This document shows, in pieces, positions 17,507 to 27,059 of a stretch of 39,903 nt of DNA (position 1 is the first letter of the stretch; the number at the start of each line of letters is the position of its first letter). The position numbers and the translations under genes are program-made. The DNA comes from Luminiphilus sp. GTDB taxonomy: Bacteria > Pseudomonadota > Gammaproteobacteria > Pseudomonadales > Halieaceae. The notes below the pieces were generated by a model. The model worked only from the letters and a program-made list of their open reading frames with translations, searched no databases and was not told where the DNA came from. Location: assembly GCA_965658485.1 (NCBI GenBank), contig CBFHSJ010000004.1, forward strand, positions 1 through 39,903, in the 5' to 3' direction.

Positions 17507-19525
17507 ATGACAGTTTCACATTCTCATGGCAATCACTCGATAGCCTTAGCAGCGAATCAGACACAGGTGCGGCCAGCATCTTGGTTTGCGAATCGGAATC
17601 TGCAGCGATATTCGGCTATCGGCGATACCACCATACCGCTTGCCATGCGGTCTTCTGGCACTATTTTTCGGTCCACTTCATTGTTGGTTTGGGCCCTAAC
17701 TGGTTCGTGCTTCACCACAGCGCAGAACACATCGTATGACGGGTCGACTGATGCCGCAGAATTAGAGGAAGTGGTGGTCTCCTCGCGAACACCCGACCTA
17801 ATTGATCAGATCGGGGTCTCGGTCAGCGTGCTCGATAAGGACATGATGCAATCGTTAGGCTATCCCGACCTGGCCTCATTGCTCGATGCCCAACCGGGCG
17901 TCACCGCGACCATGGATGGTGGTTACGGGAAAGCGGCGGCAGTTAGGATCCGAGGTGAGGAAGGCTACCGCACGCGCATTGTGCTGGACGGCATCAATAT
18001 CGCGGACCCCTCTTCCCCGCAGGTCAGCCCGCGTATCGAGCATTTGGTGAGCAGTGGTTTGACCCGCGTGGAAATCCTGCGCGGTCCTCAGGGATTACTC
18101 TGGGGCGCAGATGCCGGTGGCGTGATTCTCATGTCTACTACCGACGCGGTAACCGAGTCGGGTGTGGAAGGCCATTTAGAGGCCGGCAGCGACGACTTTT
18201 ATCAGGGTGCGATCAATGGCGTCTTGAACACTGACCAGCTGAAAGCGTCGGTGTCTCTCTCACAGCTGGAAACCGACGGCTTCAACGCGCGGGAGATCGA
18301 CAGTGCCGATCCTGACCGAGACGGTTACGAGAACACGACGGCTCATGGCGCTCTCTCCTGGGCTATCAACAACGTCATCTCTGTGGAGGTTACGGCAACC
18401 GATATTTCCGGCGACAACCAATACGATGGCTGTTACGACACCGCAACATTTGCATTGATTCACGACTGTGACGATAAGTATGGCCAACAAGCCTGGCGCA
18501 GCGCGCTGCGTTTCGTGGCTGAGCAACATACCCTCGAAATCAGCTACGCCTCGAGCGACACCGAGCGCGCTTTTTTCTCTGCTGGCATTGTGTCCTACGA
18601 AACCGAGGGTGAGACGGATACGACGTCCCTCATCGGCGCGTGGCGGCTCACGGACAACACTCGGCTCACGTATGGTGTCGATCACGAGGAGCAGACGCTC
18701 TCTGATGCCAGCACCGATTGGTCCAGAGACAACACCGGCATCTACTTAGAAGCCCAGCAGCGCTATGGCCGCGGCGTTGTGACCTTTGGCTGGCGTCACG
18801 ATGACAACGCCGATTTTGGTGAGTTCGACAGCTGGCGTGTGAGCGGGCGCTACGATCTGGACGGCATGGCCAAGGGCTGGTCGCTGCGCGCCGCGATCGG
18901 CACCGGGTTCCGCGCCCCGAGTCTCTACGAGATCGCCTATAACAGTGGGCCGTTTGCTTACGCTCCTGCGAGCAGCACGCCGCTCTTAGAGGAACAATCC
19001 GAGGGCTGGGAAATCGCCGTCTTGGGCTCGATGGGAAATCTCGATCTCGAGCTAATCTGGTTTGATCAGGAAATTGACAACGAGATCATCTTTGACCTTG
19101 CAGGTTACAGTGGCTACCTGCAAACCACCGGGACCAGTCAATCCGAGGGCCTGGAAATTATCGCCAGCTTGCCCCTGTCCGAGCAATGGCGCATTGAGGG
19201 TAATTTCACCTCACTCGATGCCACGCAGCAAAACGGTGACGATCGCGCCTATCGACCAGATCAAACGGGCCGGATGAGCATCGTATGGACGCGCAATGAT
19301 TTGCGAGCCCGAGTCACCGGCCGCTATACCGGAGAAGCAACCGACCCTTTCATGACTTCAATTGATGACACCTTTACTATCGACCTGAGCGCTCAGTGGG
19401 ATCTTTCGGGCCGTTGGGCGCTAGAAGCAAGGGTTCTCAACGTCACAGACCACAATGACCGGCTGCTACCCGGTTATTATGTGCCGGGCATGACGGCCTA
19501 CGCCGGCGTGCGCGTGAAACTATAG
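17507..19525 (+). CDS. btuB: TonB-dependent cobalamin receptor (BtuB-like)
   Basis: TonB box EEVVVS, plug IRG, VEILRGPQ..LWG.DA.GGVI, TGFRAPSLYE, C-terminal beta-strand. B12 specificity is inferred from the riboswitch and cobO. Start is 17507 (SD) or 17645. Confidence 0.85.
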   Translation: MTVSHSHGNHSIALAANQTQVRPASWFANRNLQRYSAIGDTTIPLAMRSSGTIFRSTSLLVWALTGSCFTTAQNTSYDGSTDAAELEEVVVSSRTPDLIDQIGVSVSVLDKDMMQSLGYPDLASLLDAQPGVTATMDGGYGKAAAVRIRGEEGYRTRIVLDGINIADPSSPQVSPRIEHLVSSGLTRVEILRGPQGLLWGADAGGVILMSTTDAVTESGVEGHLEAGSDDFYQGAINGVLNTDQLKASVSLSQLETDGFNAREIDSADPDRDGYENTTAHGALSWAINNVISVEVTATDISGDNQYDGCYDTATFALIHDCDDKYGQQAWRSALRFVAEQHTLEISYASSDTERAFFSAGIVSYETEGETDTTSLIGAWRLTDNTRLTYGVDHEEQTLSDASTDWSRDNTGIYLEAQQRYGRGVVTFGWRHDDNADFGEFDSWRVSGRYDLDGMAKGWSLRAAIGTGFRAPSLYEIAYNSGPFAYAPASSTPLLEEQSEGWEIAVLGSMGNLDLELIWFDQEIDNEIIFDLAGYSGYLQTTGTSQSEGLEIIASLPLSEQWRIEGNFTSLDATQQNGDDRAYRPDQTGRMSIVWTRNDLRARVTGRYTGEATDPFMTSIDDTFTIDLSAQWDLSGRWALEARVLNVTDHNDRLLPGYYVPGMTAYAGVRVKL

Positions 19526-19534
19526 GAACACTCC

Positions 19535-20134
19535 ATGGACCGTAACACTAAACACAACAAAGCCATGGCTAAACAGAAGGTCGCTGTGGATGAAGGCATC
19601 GCCAAGGCGGATGTCGAACGCGGGGTGTCGGTTTTACTCACCGGTGATGGCAAAGGCAAAACCAGTTCCGCCTTCGGCATGGTGATGCGGGCGCTGGGCT
19701 ACGGCCAAAAGGTAGGCGTCGTGCAATTCATTAAAGGCGTGCAGGCCTCGGGTGAAGAAAATTTTGTCAGAGATCATTTGCCCGGCGTGGACCTCTACCA
19801 GATGGGTACGGGGTTTACCTGGGACACGCAGGACCGGGAGAGCGATATCGCCGCAGCCAAACGGACCTGGGAACGCGCCTTGGCGATGCTGGGCGATGCC
19901 AGCTACAACCTGGTGGTGCTCGATGAGCTCACATACATGTTGGCGTTCGACTATCTCCCAGAAGACGAGGTGATCAGTGCGCTCACCGGGCGACCCGAGT
20001 CACAAAGCGTGGTAGTCACCGGTCGTGGGGGCGGTCAGGCCCTGCGCGAGGCCATGGACACCGTGTCTGAGGTCAAAGAAGTCAAGCACGCCTATCGCGC
20101 CGGCATTCGCGCCCGACAGGGTGTGGACTATTAA
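19535..20134 (+). CDS. cobO: Cob(I)yrinic acid a,c-diamide adenosyltransferase
   Basis: TGDGKGKTSSAFG..MRALG, VVQFIKG, GFTW, VVLDEL, VVTGR, KH....GI.A..GVDY. Confidence 0.95.
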   Translation: MDRNTKHNKAMAKQKVAVDEGIAKADVERGVSVLLTGDGKGKTSSAFGMVMRALGYGQKVGVVQFIKGVQASGEENFVRDHLPGVDLYQMGTGFTWDTQDRESDIAAAKRTWERALAMLGDASYNLVVLDELTYMLAFDYLPEDEVISALTGRPESQSVVVTGRGGGQALREAMDTVSEVKEVKHAYRAGIRARQGVDY

Positions 20135-20135
20135 C

Positions 20136-20765
20136 ATGGGCGCGCATCCGGCGATCCGCCCCGCCGCCTTCATCCGCTACAAATTCCTCAACTCGCTCTT
20201 TCTCGGGCTGTCTGTCGGCGCGGTGTTTGTGCTGTACACACCCTTGTCCCCCGCGGTGTTCTCCGCAGGCGGCATCGGACTCGCGTTAGGTACCCTGATA
20301 GTCGCCTCCCAGTACCGACGGATTCTGGCACCGAGCTGGTTTTTTCGGCTGTCGCTCGGGGTAGAGCTGGTGACACTAAGTGGCGTGTTAGCGGTGCTCC
20401 TGTTCCCCCTGGAGTTGGCCCTCGCGTTGTTTATCTACATCGGCTACCAGGTCACCTTCTCGCTGGGGAATTACCTGGTGCGCTGCGAGACCCTGCTGAT
20501 GGTCTCGGTGGAACAGCTGCGCAAACTCGACGTGGCGAAACAGGCTGGCTATTTACTCGGCATGGGAGGTGCGTGGGCGGTGTATGCAGGCCTTGAGCAA
20601 TTTGCCGCGATCGATGGACGGGTCGAGCAGGTGATCTCCCTGCACTGGTTGCTGGCGGTTACCGAAGTCTTGGTAGTGGCCTCACTGTGGCGGGCCTTTA
20701 ATCGAGATCAGCTAGCCAACAGCGCCCTGCTGATAGGCGACGAAACAGCTCTCGCGGCCGATTAA
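20136..20765 (+). CDS. Uncharacterised ~6-TM membrane protein, last gene of the B12 operon
   Basis: ATG 1 nt after the cobO stop. 209 aa with about six hydrophobic segments. No family recognised with confidence. Confidence 0.75.
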   Translation: MGAHPAIRPAAFIRYKFLNSLFLGLSVGAVFVLYTPLSPAVFSAGGIGLALGTLIVASQYRRILAPSWFFRLSLGVELVTLSGVLAVLLFPLELALALFIYIGYQVTFSLGNYLVRCETLLMVSVEQLRKLDVAKQAGYLLGMGGAWAVYAGLEQFAAIDGRVEQVISLHWLLAVTEVLVVASLWRAFNRDQLANSALLIGDETALAAD

Positions 20766-21550
20766 TCCAAGAGATCCGGCTGCTCATTCAGAATGACATC
20801 GAACAGCGGCTGGGCACTGAACCATCCCGCCAGCGTGCTGCCCACCTGCCCCGCCGTATGAAGCGCCATGTCGTGAGGAATGGGCTGGGTTGTGCCCGCC
20901 GCCTCGGCCATCAGCTGAGCCTGACAGCTGCGCTCAAAGGTCACGTACCACCACAGCGCCTCATCAACTGACTCACCCACCGTCAGGTGACCATGATTCT
21001 TCAACACTATCGCTTTTTTATCGCCGAGTGCCTCAGCCAAACGCTCCCCTTCACTCATCGACACCACCACACCGGTGTAGTCGTCCAATAAAGCGAGATC
21101 GTCATAAAACGCGCAAGCGTCCTGTGTAATGGGGTCTAGCAAGCGCCCCAGTGCAGACCAGGTCTTGCCGTAAATCGAGTGGGCGTGGGCCGCCGCGGTG
21201 ACTTCGGGTCGGGCCTGATGTATGCGGCTGTGAATCGTGAACGCCGCGCCATTCAGAAGCCCCCCACCCTCAACGATCTCCCCATCATGACTGACCCTGA
21301 TCAGATCGGAGACCCGCATGAGTTTGAACGAACGACCCATGGGATTGACCCAAAAAGTCTCTGTATCGATTGGGTCACGAACGGTAATGTGTCCGGCTAC
21401 CCCCTCATCAAAACCAAACTTACCGAAGATTCTCAATGCCGCGGCGAGGCGTTGCTTGCGCTGCAGCTGCTCCGCTGCCAGATCCAGCCTGTCACCGGGC
21501 ATCGCTGCCAGATCCGCGTTCATCACCAACTGGTTCACTTGCTCGTTCAT
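20762..21550 (-). CDS. Class II aldolase/adducin family protein
   Basis: EGVAGHITVRDP, FWVNP.G, AAFTIHSRIH, AAHAHS, LKNHGHLTVG. Confidence 0.9.
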   Translation of the reverse strand: MNEQVNQLVMNADLAAMPGDRLDLAAEQLQRKQRLAAALRIFGKFGFDEGVAGHITVRDPIDTETFWVNPMGRSFKLMRVSDLIRVSHDGEIVEGGGLLNGAAFTIHSRIHQARPEVTAAAHAHSIYGKTWSALGRLLDPITQDACAFYDDLALLDDYTGVVVSMSEGERLAEALGDKKAIVLKNHGHLTVGESVDEALWWYVTFERSCQAQLMAEAAGTTQPIPHDMALHTAGQVGSTLAGWFSAQPLFDVILNEQPDLLD

Positions 21551-22104
21551 GCCTGATCGCTCCTATTCTCGCGCCAATACTGTGCCGCCTCGCGCGCCAG
21601 CTCACCCTCCGAGGGGAGCGGCCGTCCCTGCGCATTCAAGTGCGCAACATAGGCACTCACCATCTCCCCGGGCTGCGCCGAGACTTCTTCCGGGCGCAGC
21701 GGGTCGCCGCAATCGCCACAAGATAATACCGCCCGGGTGTGCTTGCCACACAAGCTGTGGCGGTATAGCTGGGGCGGGCCGTTGCCGTCGTCCATCCAAT
21801 CATCACCCCACTGACTCAGCGTCATCAACACCGGGTACAACGCCAAACCCTTTCGGGTTAATCGGTACTCATAGCGCGTAGGCCGCTCCATGTAGGCCAC
21901 TCGAGTCAGCACCCCTTCATCAACCAATTTGCCGAGTCGCTCCGAGAGGCGATGCCGCGTCACACCCAGGCTGCGCTGAAAATCGTCGAACCGGCGGGTG
22001 CCACGAAAGGCGTCGCGAATGATCAACAGGGTCCAGCGCTCACCCAGCACCGAGAGTGCTCGCGCCACTGAACAGGCCTGTTGATCAATGTCGTCCCACT
22101 TCAT
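21547..22104 (-). CDS. HxlR-family winged-helix transcriptional regulator
   Basis: CSVARALSVLGERWTLLIIRDAF.G.RRFDDF, EYRLT.KG, C-terminal H..CG...C..CG. ATGA overlap with the aldolase gene. Confidence 0.9.
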   Translation of the reverse strand: MKWDDIDQQACSVARALSVLGERWTLLIIRDAFRGTRRFDDFQRSLGVTRHRLSERLGKLVDEGVLTRVAYMERPTRYEYRLTRKGLALYPVLMTLSQWGDDWMDDGNGPPQLYRHSLCGKHTRAVLSCGDCGDPLRPEEVSAQPGEMVSAYVAHLNAQGRPLPSEGELAREAAQYWRENRSDQA

Positions 22105-22111
22105 GCTTGAA

Positions 22112-22140
22112 AGAGTGCGCGCGACCGACGCCAAACGCAA
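22112..22140 (-). promoter_or_regulatory. Putative leaderless sigma70 promoter of the HxlR gene
   Basis: TTGCGT-17 nt-CACTCT-7 nt-ATG. No SD. Confidence 0.5.
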
Positions 22141-22164
22141 GCGCGGGCACCGAAGTGCCCGCGC
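22133..22164 (-). terminator. Intrinsic terminator of aceA
   Basis: Perfect 10-bp stem GCGCGGGCAC-TTCG-GTGCCCGCGC (cUUCGg tetraloop) followed by TTGCGTTT, 26 nt after the aceA stop. Confidence 0.8.
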
Positions 22165-22190
22165 CGATTCGCCTTTACCCGGCCTGTGAT

Positions 22191-23786
22191 TCAGCCAAAC
22201 TGGTTCATGGTGTTGTCATCACCGGCGGCTTTCAGCGCCGCATCACCGGAGAAGTACTCCTTGTGATCATCGCCCATGTCGGAACCCGCCATGTTCTGGT
22301 GCTTCACACAGGCGATGCCCTGACGGATCTCCTTGCGCTGCACACCCGCTACATACCCCAGCATACCCGCCTCACCGAAGTACTCCTTGGCGAGATTATC
22401 GGTGGACAGCGCCGCCGTATGGTAGGTAGGTAATGTGATCAGGTGATGAAAGATGCCTGCCTCGCGCGATCCGTCGCGCTGGAAGGACTGAATGCGACGA
22501 TCTGCCTCTGCCGCCAGATCCGTTTCGTCATAGCTTGCGTCCATCAATGCCTCACGATCGTACGCCGATACGTCCTGACCCGCCTCGGACCAGGCGTCGA
22601 AAACCTGCTGCCGGAAGCTGAGTGTCCAGTTAAACGATGGGCTATTGTTGTAGACCAGCTTCGCGTCCGGCACGACCTCGCGGATACGATTCACCACCGA
22701 GGCAATCTGGCCGACGTGGGGCTTCTCGGTCTCGATCCACAGTAGATCAGCACCGTTCTGCAAAGAGGTGATGCAGTCGAGTACCACACGATCCTCGCCC
22801 GAGCCCTTGCGGAACTGGAACAACCCGGATGCCAAACGGGCCGGCTTCAACAACTTGCCGTTGGCCTTGACCACCACGTCACCATTTGCAATGTCATCAG
22901 CGCTGTCGATGTAATCACCATCGAGGAACCCGTTGTAGAGATCACCCAGATCACCCGGCTCTTGCGTCACCGCAATCTGCTTGGTAAGGCCTGCGCCGAG
23001 CGAATCGGTGCGCGCCACGATAATGCCGTCTTCCACGCCCAGCTCCAGAAAGGCATAGCGAATCGCGCGAATCTTGGCGATAAAGTCGGCGTGGGGGACC
23101 GTTACCTTGCCGTCCTGGTGTCCGCACTGCTTCTCGTCGGAGACCTGGTTCTCAATCTGGATAGCGCAGGCGCCCGCCTCGATCATGCGTCGAGCCAGCA
23201 GGTAGGTGGCCTCCTCGTTGCCGAATCCGGCATCGATGTCAGCGATAATCGGTACCACGTGGGTCTGAAACTCATCAATTTGCTTGGTAATGCTTTGCAC
23301 CTCGACGTCGTTGCCATTCTCACGGGCTTTGTCGAGAGCGCGGAACAAGCCACCGAGCTCGCGGGCGTCGGCCTGTCGCAGGAAGGTGTAAAGCTCTTCA
23401 ATCAGCCCGGAGACTGAGGTTTTCTCGTGCATCGATTGATCGGGTAGAGGACCAAACTCTGAGCGCAGCGCGGCGATCATCCAGCCTGACAGGTACAGGT
23501 AGCGCTTGTCGGTAGTACCGAAGTGCTTTTTGATCGAGATCAGCTTCTGCTGTCCAATAAAGCCGTGCCAGCAGCCCAGAGACTGGGTGTAGTGGCCCGG
23601 GTCGCTGTCGTAATCCGCCATATCTTTGCGCATGATCGCTGCGGTGTACCGAGCGATATCAAGTCCGGTCCTAAAGCGGTTCTGCAAGCGCATCCGGGCA
23701 GCGTACTCAGGGCTGATATCTGACCAGTTATGGGATTGTCCGCAACTGGTTTCCATCGCCTTGATGGCCTCTGCGTATGTCGACAT
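22191..23786 (-). CDS. aceA: Isocitrate lyase (long Pseudomonas-type, 531 aa)
   Basis: [21 protein letters not shown] catalytic motif, [30 protein letters not shown] before ATG 23786. Confidence 0.96.
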   Translation of the reverse strand: MSTYAEAIKAMETSCGQSHNWSDISPEYAARMRLQNRFRTGLDIARYTAAIMRKDMADYDSDPGHYTQSLGCWHGFIGQQKLISIKKHFGTTDKRYLYLSGWMIAALRSEFGPLPDQSMHEKTSVSGLIEELYTFLRQADARELGGLFRALDKARENGNDVEVQSITKQIDEFQTHVVPIIADIDAGFGNEEATYLLARRMIEAGACAIQIENQVSDEKQCGHQDGKVTVPHADFIAKIRAIRYAFLELGVEDGIIVARTDSLGAGLTKQIAVTQEPGDLGDLYNGFLDGDYIDSADDIANGDVVVKANGKLLKPARLASGLFQFRKGSGEDRVVLDCITSLQNGADLLWIETEKPHVGQIASVVNRIREVVPDAKLVYNNSPSFNWTLSFRQQVFDAWSEAGQDVSAYDREALMDASYDETDLAAEADRRIQSFQRDGSREAGIFHHLITLPTYHTAALSTDNLAKEYFGEAGMLGYVAGVQRKEIRQGIACVKHQNMAGSDMGDDHKEYFSGDAALKAAGDDNTMNQFG

Positions 23787-23947
23787 GGTGTCTCTCCTAT
23801 TCATTCGCACCGCCGAAGCAGCATCTTCAACACGTCGGCAGTCTAGGTGCCGGCTCATTATTTTCAAACCAAATAGATCTCATACTTACCATTCATAGCC
23901 TAAATATCTCGCTCTGCCGTGAATTGTCTGGCCGTGAAAGGCTTCCC

Positions 23948-23976
23948 TTTAAAGTCGCTGCGTTTGCCCCTAGACT
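23948..23976 (+). promoter_or_regulatory. Putative sigma70 promoter of purEK
   Basis: TTTAAA-17 nt-TAGACT followed by a GC-rich discriminator, CCGGCCC. Confidence 0.5.
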
Positions 23977-24022
23977 CCGGCCCTTGCCCACGCCTCTGCA
24001 CTATAGGTTAGGAGAAAACAGC

Positions 24023-24505
24023 ATGAGCGAACCGCTGGTCAGCATCATCATGGGATCTCAATCAGACTGGGAAACCATGCAAGCTGCCACCACCGTGCTC
24101 ACCGAGCTAGGCGTGCCCTTTGAGACACGGGTTGTGTCAGCGCACCGAACACCCGCGCGGCTGATGAAATTTGCCGAAGGCGCTGCATCGCGTGGCCTGA
24201 AGGTCATCATCGCGGGCGCCGGTGGTGCCGCACATCTGGCCGGCATGGCAGCGTCGATGACCCACCTGCCGGTAATCGCCGTGCCTGTCTCCAGCATGCA
24301 GCTCAAAGGCATGGACAGCCTGCTCTCGATGGTGCAAATGCCCAAAGGCGTGGCCGTAGCCTGTCAGGCGATTGGCGAAGCTGGCGCTTTCAACGCGGGT
24401 TTGATGGCGGCACAGATTCTGGCCACCTCCGATCCTGCGCTGTCACAAGCGATCCAAGACTGGAGAGCCAGGCAAACCGACAACGTTCCCCACGCCGTAG
24501 ACTGA
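24023..24505 (+). CDS. purE: N5-CAIR mutase
   Basis: [39 protein letters not shown]. Confidence 0.97.
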   Translation: MSEPLVSIIMGSQSDWETMQAATTVLTELGVPFETRVVSAHRTPARLMKFAEGAASRGLKVIIAGAGGAAHLAGMAASMTHLPVIAVPVSSMQLKGMDSLLSMVQMPKGVAVACQAIGEAGAFNAGLMAAQILATSDPALSQAIQDWRARQTDNVPHAVD

Positions 24506-25620
24506 TGCGGATTGCCATCGCCGGATGCGGCCAATTGGCGAGAATGCTGGCCCTTGCGGGCTGGGAAATGGGCCACTACTTCTCCTTCATCGCGGACCCG
24601 GGGGAGGGCACGGATTGTGTTGCCGGTCTGGGACCGGTCGTAGCCGGGGATGACTACCCCGAGCCGGCGGCGCTCTTTGAGGCGCTGGGGCGTCCCGACA
24701 TCGTCACCGTCGAGAAAGAGCATGTGAGCCTGGCCGTGCTCGAGGGACTCGCCGAGCACTGTTTGGTCGCGCCCTCCCCCGAAGCCATTCGCATCTGCCA
24801 ACATCGCGGCCGAGAAAAAACCGCACTGCAGAACCTTGGGATCAGTACTGCCCCTTTCCAGTTGGTGGAGGATGGCACGTCATTAATTACCGCAGTGGAA
24901 GCACTAGGCTACCCCGCATTCGTGAAATCCTGTGAGCAGGGCTATGACGGCCAGAACCAATGGTTACTGCGTGACTCCGCGTCGCTGGAAGCGCTGGCGG
25001 CAGAAATGGATTCTCTGCCTCCGTTGGTCGTTGAAGGCGCCGTTCACTTTGACCGAGAGCTGTCGATGATTGCAGCGCGCTCCGTGAGTGGCGAGACCGC
25101 GCTCTACCCGCTGGCCGAAAATCGCCACCGTGAGGGGATTCTGCTCACTTCGGAAGTACCCGCGGCCAATATCAGTGAGGAGACTCAGGCACAGGCCAAC
25201 CACATTGCTCGCACATTGCTCGAGCAGTGGTCGTATGTGGGCGTCCTCTCTATTGAGCTCTTTGATGAGGGAGGCAGGCTTCGCGTGAACGAACTGGCAC
25301 CCCGCGTCCACAACAGTGGCCATTGGTCTCAGGATGCAGGCGTCACCTCCCAGTTCAGCAACCACATTCGCGCCATTACCGACACGCGTCCTGGCAACAC
25401 GCGACCTGCGCTCTACGCGGGCATGGTGAACCTTTTGGGCCGAGAACCCGACGCGACGCTTTTACAGGCGGAGGATGTGAACCTGCATTGGTACACGAAG
25501 TCTGTCCGCAGCCGCCGAAAAGTGGGGCACATTAATGTGCAGGCTAAGGATCGTGCTCGGCTACAACAGCGCCTTGCTGAACTGGAAGCGGCCCTGTATC
25601 CCGAGGGAGAGCCGCTATAG
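24505..25620 (+). CDS. purK: N5-CAIR synthase
   Basis: G.GQLARML, GYDG.NQ, NELAPRVHNSGHW, SQF.NHIRA, RKVGH. Overlaps the purE stop. Confidence 0.96.
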   Translation: MRIAIAGCGQLARMLALAGWEMGHYFSFIADPGEGTDCVAGLGPVVAGDDYPEPAALFEALGRPDIVTVEKEHVSLAVLEGLAEHCLVAPSPEAIRICQHRGREKTALQNLGISTAPFQLVEDGTSLITAVEALGYPAFVKSCEQGYDGQNQWLLRDSASLEALAAEMDSLPPLVVEGAVHFDRELSMIAARSVSGETALYPLAENRHREGILLTSEVPAANISEETQAQANHIARTLLEQWSYVGVLSIELFDEGGRLRVNELAPRVHNSGHWSQDAGVTSQFSNHIRAITDTRPGNTRPALYAGMVNLLGREPDATLLQAEDVNLHWYTKSVRSRRKVGHINVQAKDRARLQQRLAELEAALYPEGEPL

Positions 25621-25627
25621 CGCACTA

Positions 25628-27055
25628 TCATCTATCGCGCTTTTTATTGCGCGTTTTCTTCTCTGATTTTTTGATGTGGCTCATCATACGTCTGCGTCGT
25701 TGCACCTGGCGTTGGGTCAACTTGTTGCGCTTCCCTGCATAAGGGTTATCGCCGGATCGCAGTTCGATACGAATGGGTGTGCCATGGAGCGCCAGCTCCC
25801 GGCGAAAGATCTTTTCCAGATAGCGCTGATAACTCGCCGGCAGCGCGTCCGTCTGGCTGCCGTGAACCACTACAACGGGTGGATTCTGGCCGCCGGCGTG
25901 GGCATAGCGGAGCTTGATCCGTCGTCCGTTCACCATCGGTGGCGGATGGCTCGCCACCGCGTCCTCGAGAATTCGGGTGAGGCGCGGCGTGCTCAAGGTT
26001 CGGGTCGCTGCGTCATGGGCCGCATGAACCGAACCGTAAAGCTTACCTACTCCAGACCCGTGCAGAGCTGAGATGAAATGAATATCGGCATAATCAATAA
26101 ACTGCAGTCGGCGGCGCAGCTCTGAGCGAATCCAATCCCGCTCGTCGGACTCAATACCATCCCATTTGTTCAGGGCAATCACGAGCGCTCTACCTGCGTC
26201 GATACATTGGCCCAACAAATGCAGATCCTGCTCCACCAGGCCTTCGTGGGCATCCATTGTGAGGATCACCACTTGAGCATCGGCGATGGCCTTCAGGGTT
26301 TTCACGATAGAAAACTTTTCCACGGCCTCGCGGACGTTCTTGCGCTTGCGCACTCCGGCAGTATCAATCAGCGTGTAGTGCCTACCCCGGCGCTCGTAAT
26401 CGATATAGACGCTGTCCCGGGTGGTGCCGGGCTGGTCGAAGACCACTACCCGCTCCTCACCTAGCAGTCGATTAACGAGCGTCGATTTGCCCACGTTGGG
26501 ACGGCCGACAATTGCGACGCGGATGGCGCCCTCGATTGTTGGAGGCGCCTCCTCATTGGCTTGTTCTAACCAGGGTGTCAGGACGGTGGCAATGAGCTTG
26601 CGCACGCCCCGATTGTGGGAGGCCGCAATCGTATGCAGGTGATCAACCCCAAGCTGATAAAAATCACTGGCAGCGATGTCATCACCCACGCCATCGATTT
26701 TATTTACCACCAAATGGAAGGGCTTGCCCTCAGTGCGCAGATGCGTCACGAGTGCCTCGTCGCCCGGGTGGAGACCCGCGCGGCCATCCACCAACAGCAA
26801 GACCACGTCCGCCTCGGAGATGGCCGCCATCGACTGGCTCGCCATTGCCGCATCGATGCCCTCCTCCTCACCCGAAATGCCACCAGTGTCGATGACAATA
26901 AAGGCCGTGTCGTCCAGTTGCCCTTGGCCGTACTGTCGATCGCGGGTCAGACCCGATAAATTGGCAACCAAAGCGTCCCGACTGCGGGTCAGCTGGTTAA
27001 AGAGCGTGGATTTGCCGACGTTGGGACGGCCCACCAAGGCGAGCACAGGCAGCAT
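25628..27055 (-). CDS. der: Ribosome biogenesis GTPase Der (EngA)
   Basis: Two [11 protein letters not shown]-domains, DTGG/DTAG, NKID/NKWD, KH-like C-terminus. Confidence 0.97.
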   Translation of the reverse strand: MLPVLALVGRPNVGKSTLFNQLTRSRDALVANLSGLTRDRQYGQGQLDDTAFIVIDTGGISGEEEGIDAAMASQSMAAISEADVVLLLVDGRAGLHPGDEALVTHLRTEGKPFHLVVNKIDGVGDDIAASDFYQLGVDHLHTIAASHNRGVRKLIATVLTPWLEQANEEAPPTIEGAIRVAIVGRPNVGKSTLVNRLLGEERVVVFDQPGTTRDSVYIDYERRGRHYTLIDTAGVRKRKNVREAVEKFSIVKTLKAIADAQVVILTMDAHEGLVEQDLHLLGQCIDAGRALVIALNKWDGIESDERDWIRSELRRRLQFIDYADIHFISALHGSGVGKLYGSVHAAHDAATRTLSTPRLTRILEDAVASHPPPMVNGRRIKLRYAHAGGQNPPVVVVHGSQTDALPASYQRYLEKIFRRELALHGTPIRIELRSGDNPYAGKRNKLTQRQVQRRRRMMSHIKKSEKKTRNKKRDR

Positions 27056-27059
27056 GACG

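Noticed and set aside
17296-17739. 147-aa ORF (or 111 aa from ATG 17404) across the riboswitch and btuB 5' end, with GGAGG 11 nt upstream of 17404
   Set aside because: It overlaps the aptamer and is out of frame with btuB. The GGAGG is the P13 kissing loop and the GGATG is explained as the anti-sequestrator strand. No recognisable domain.
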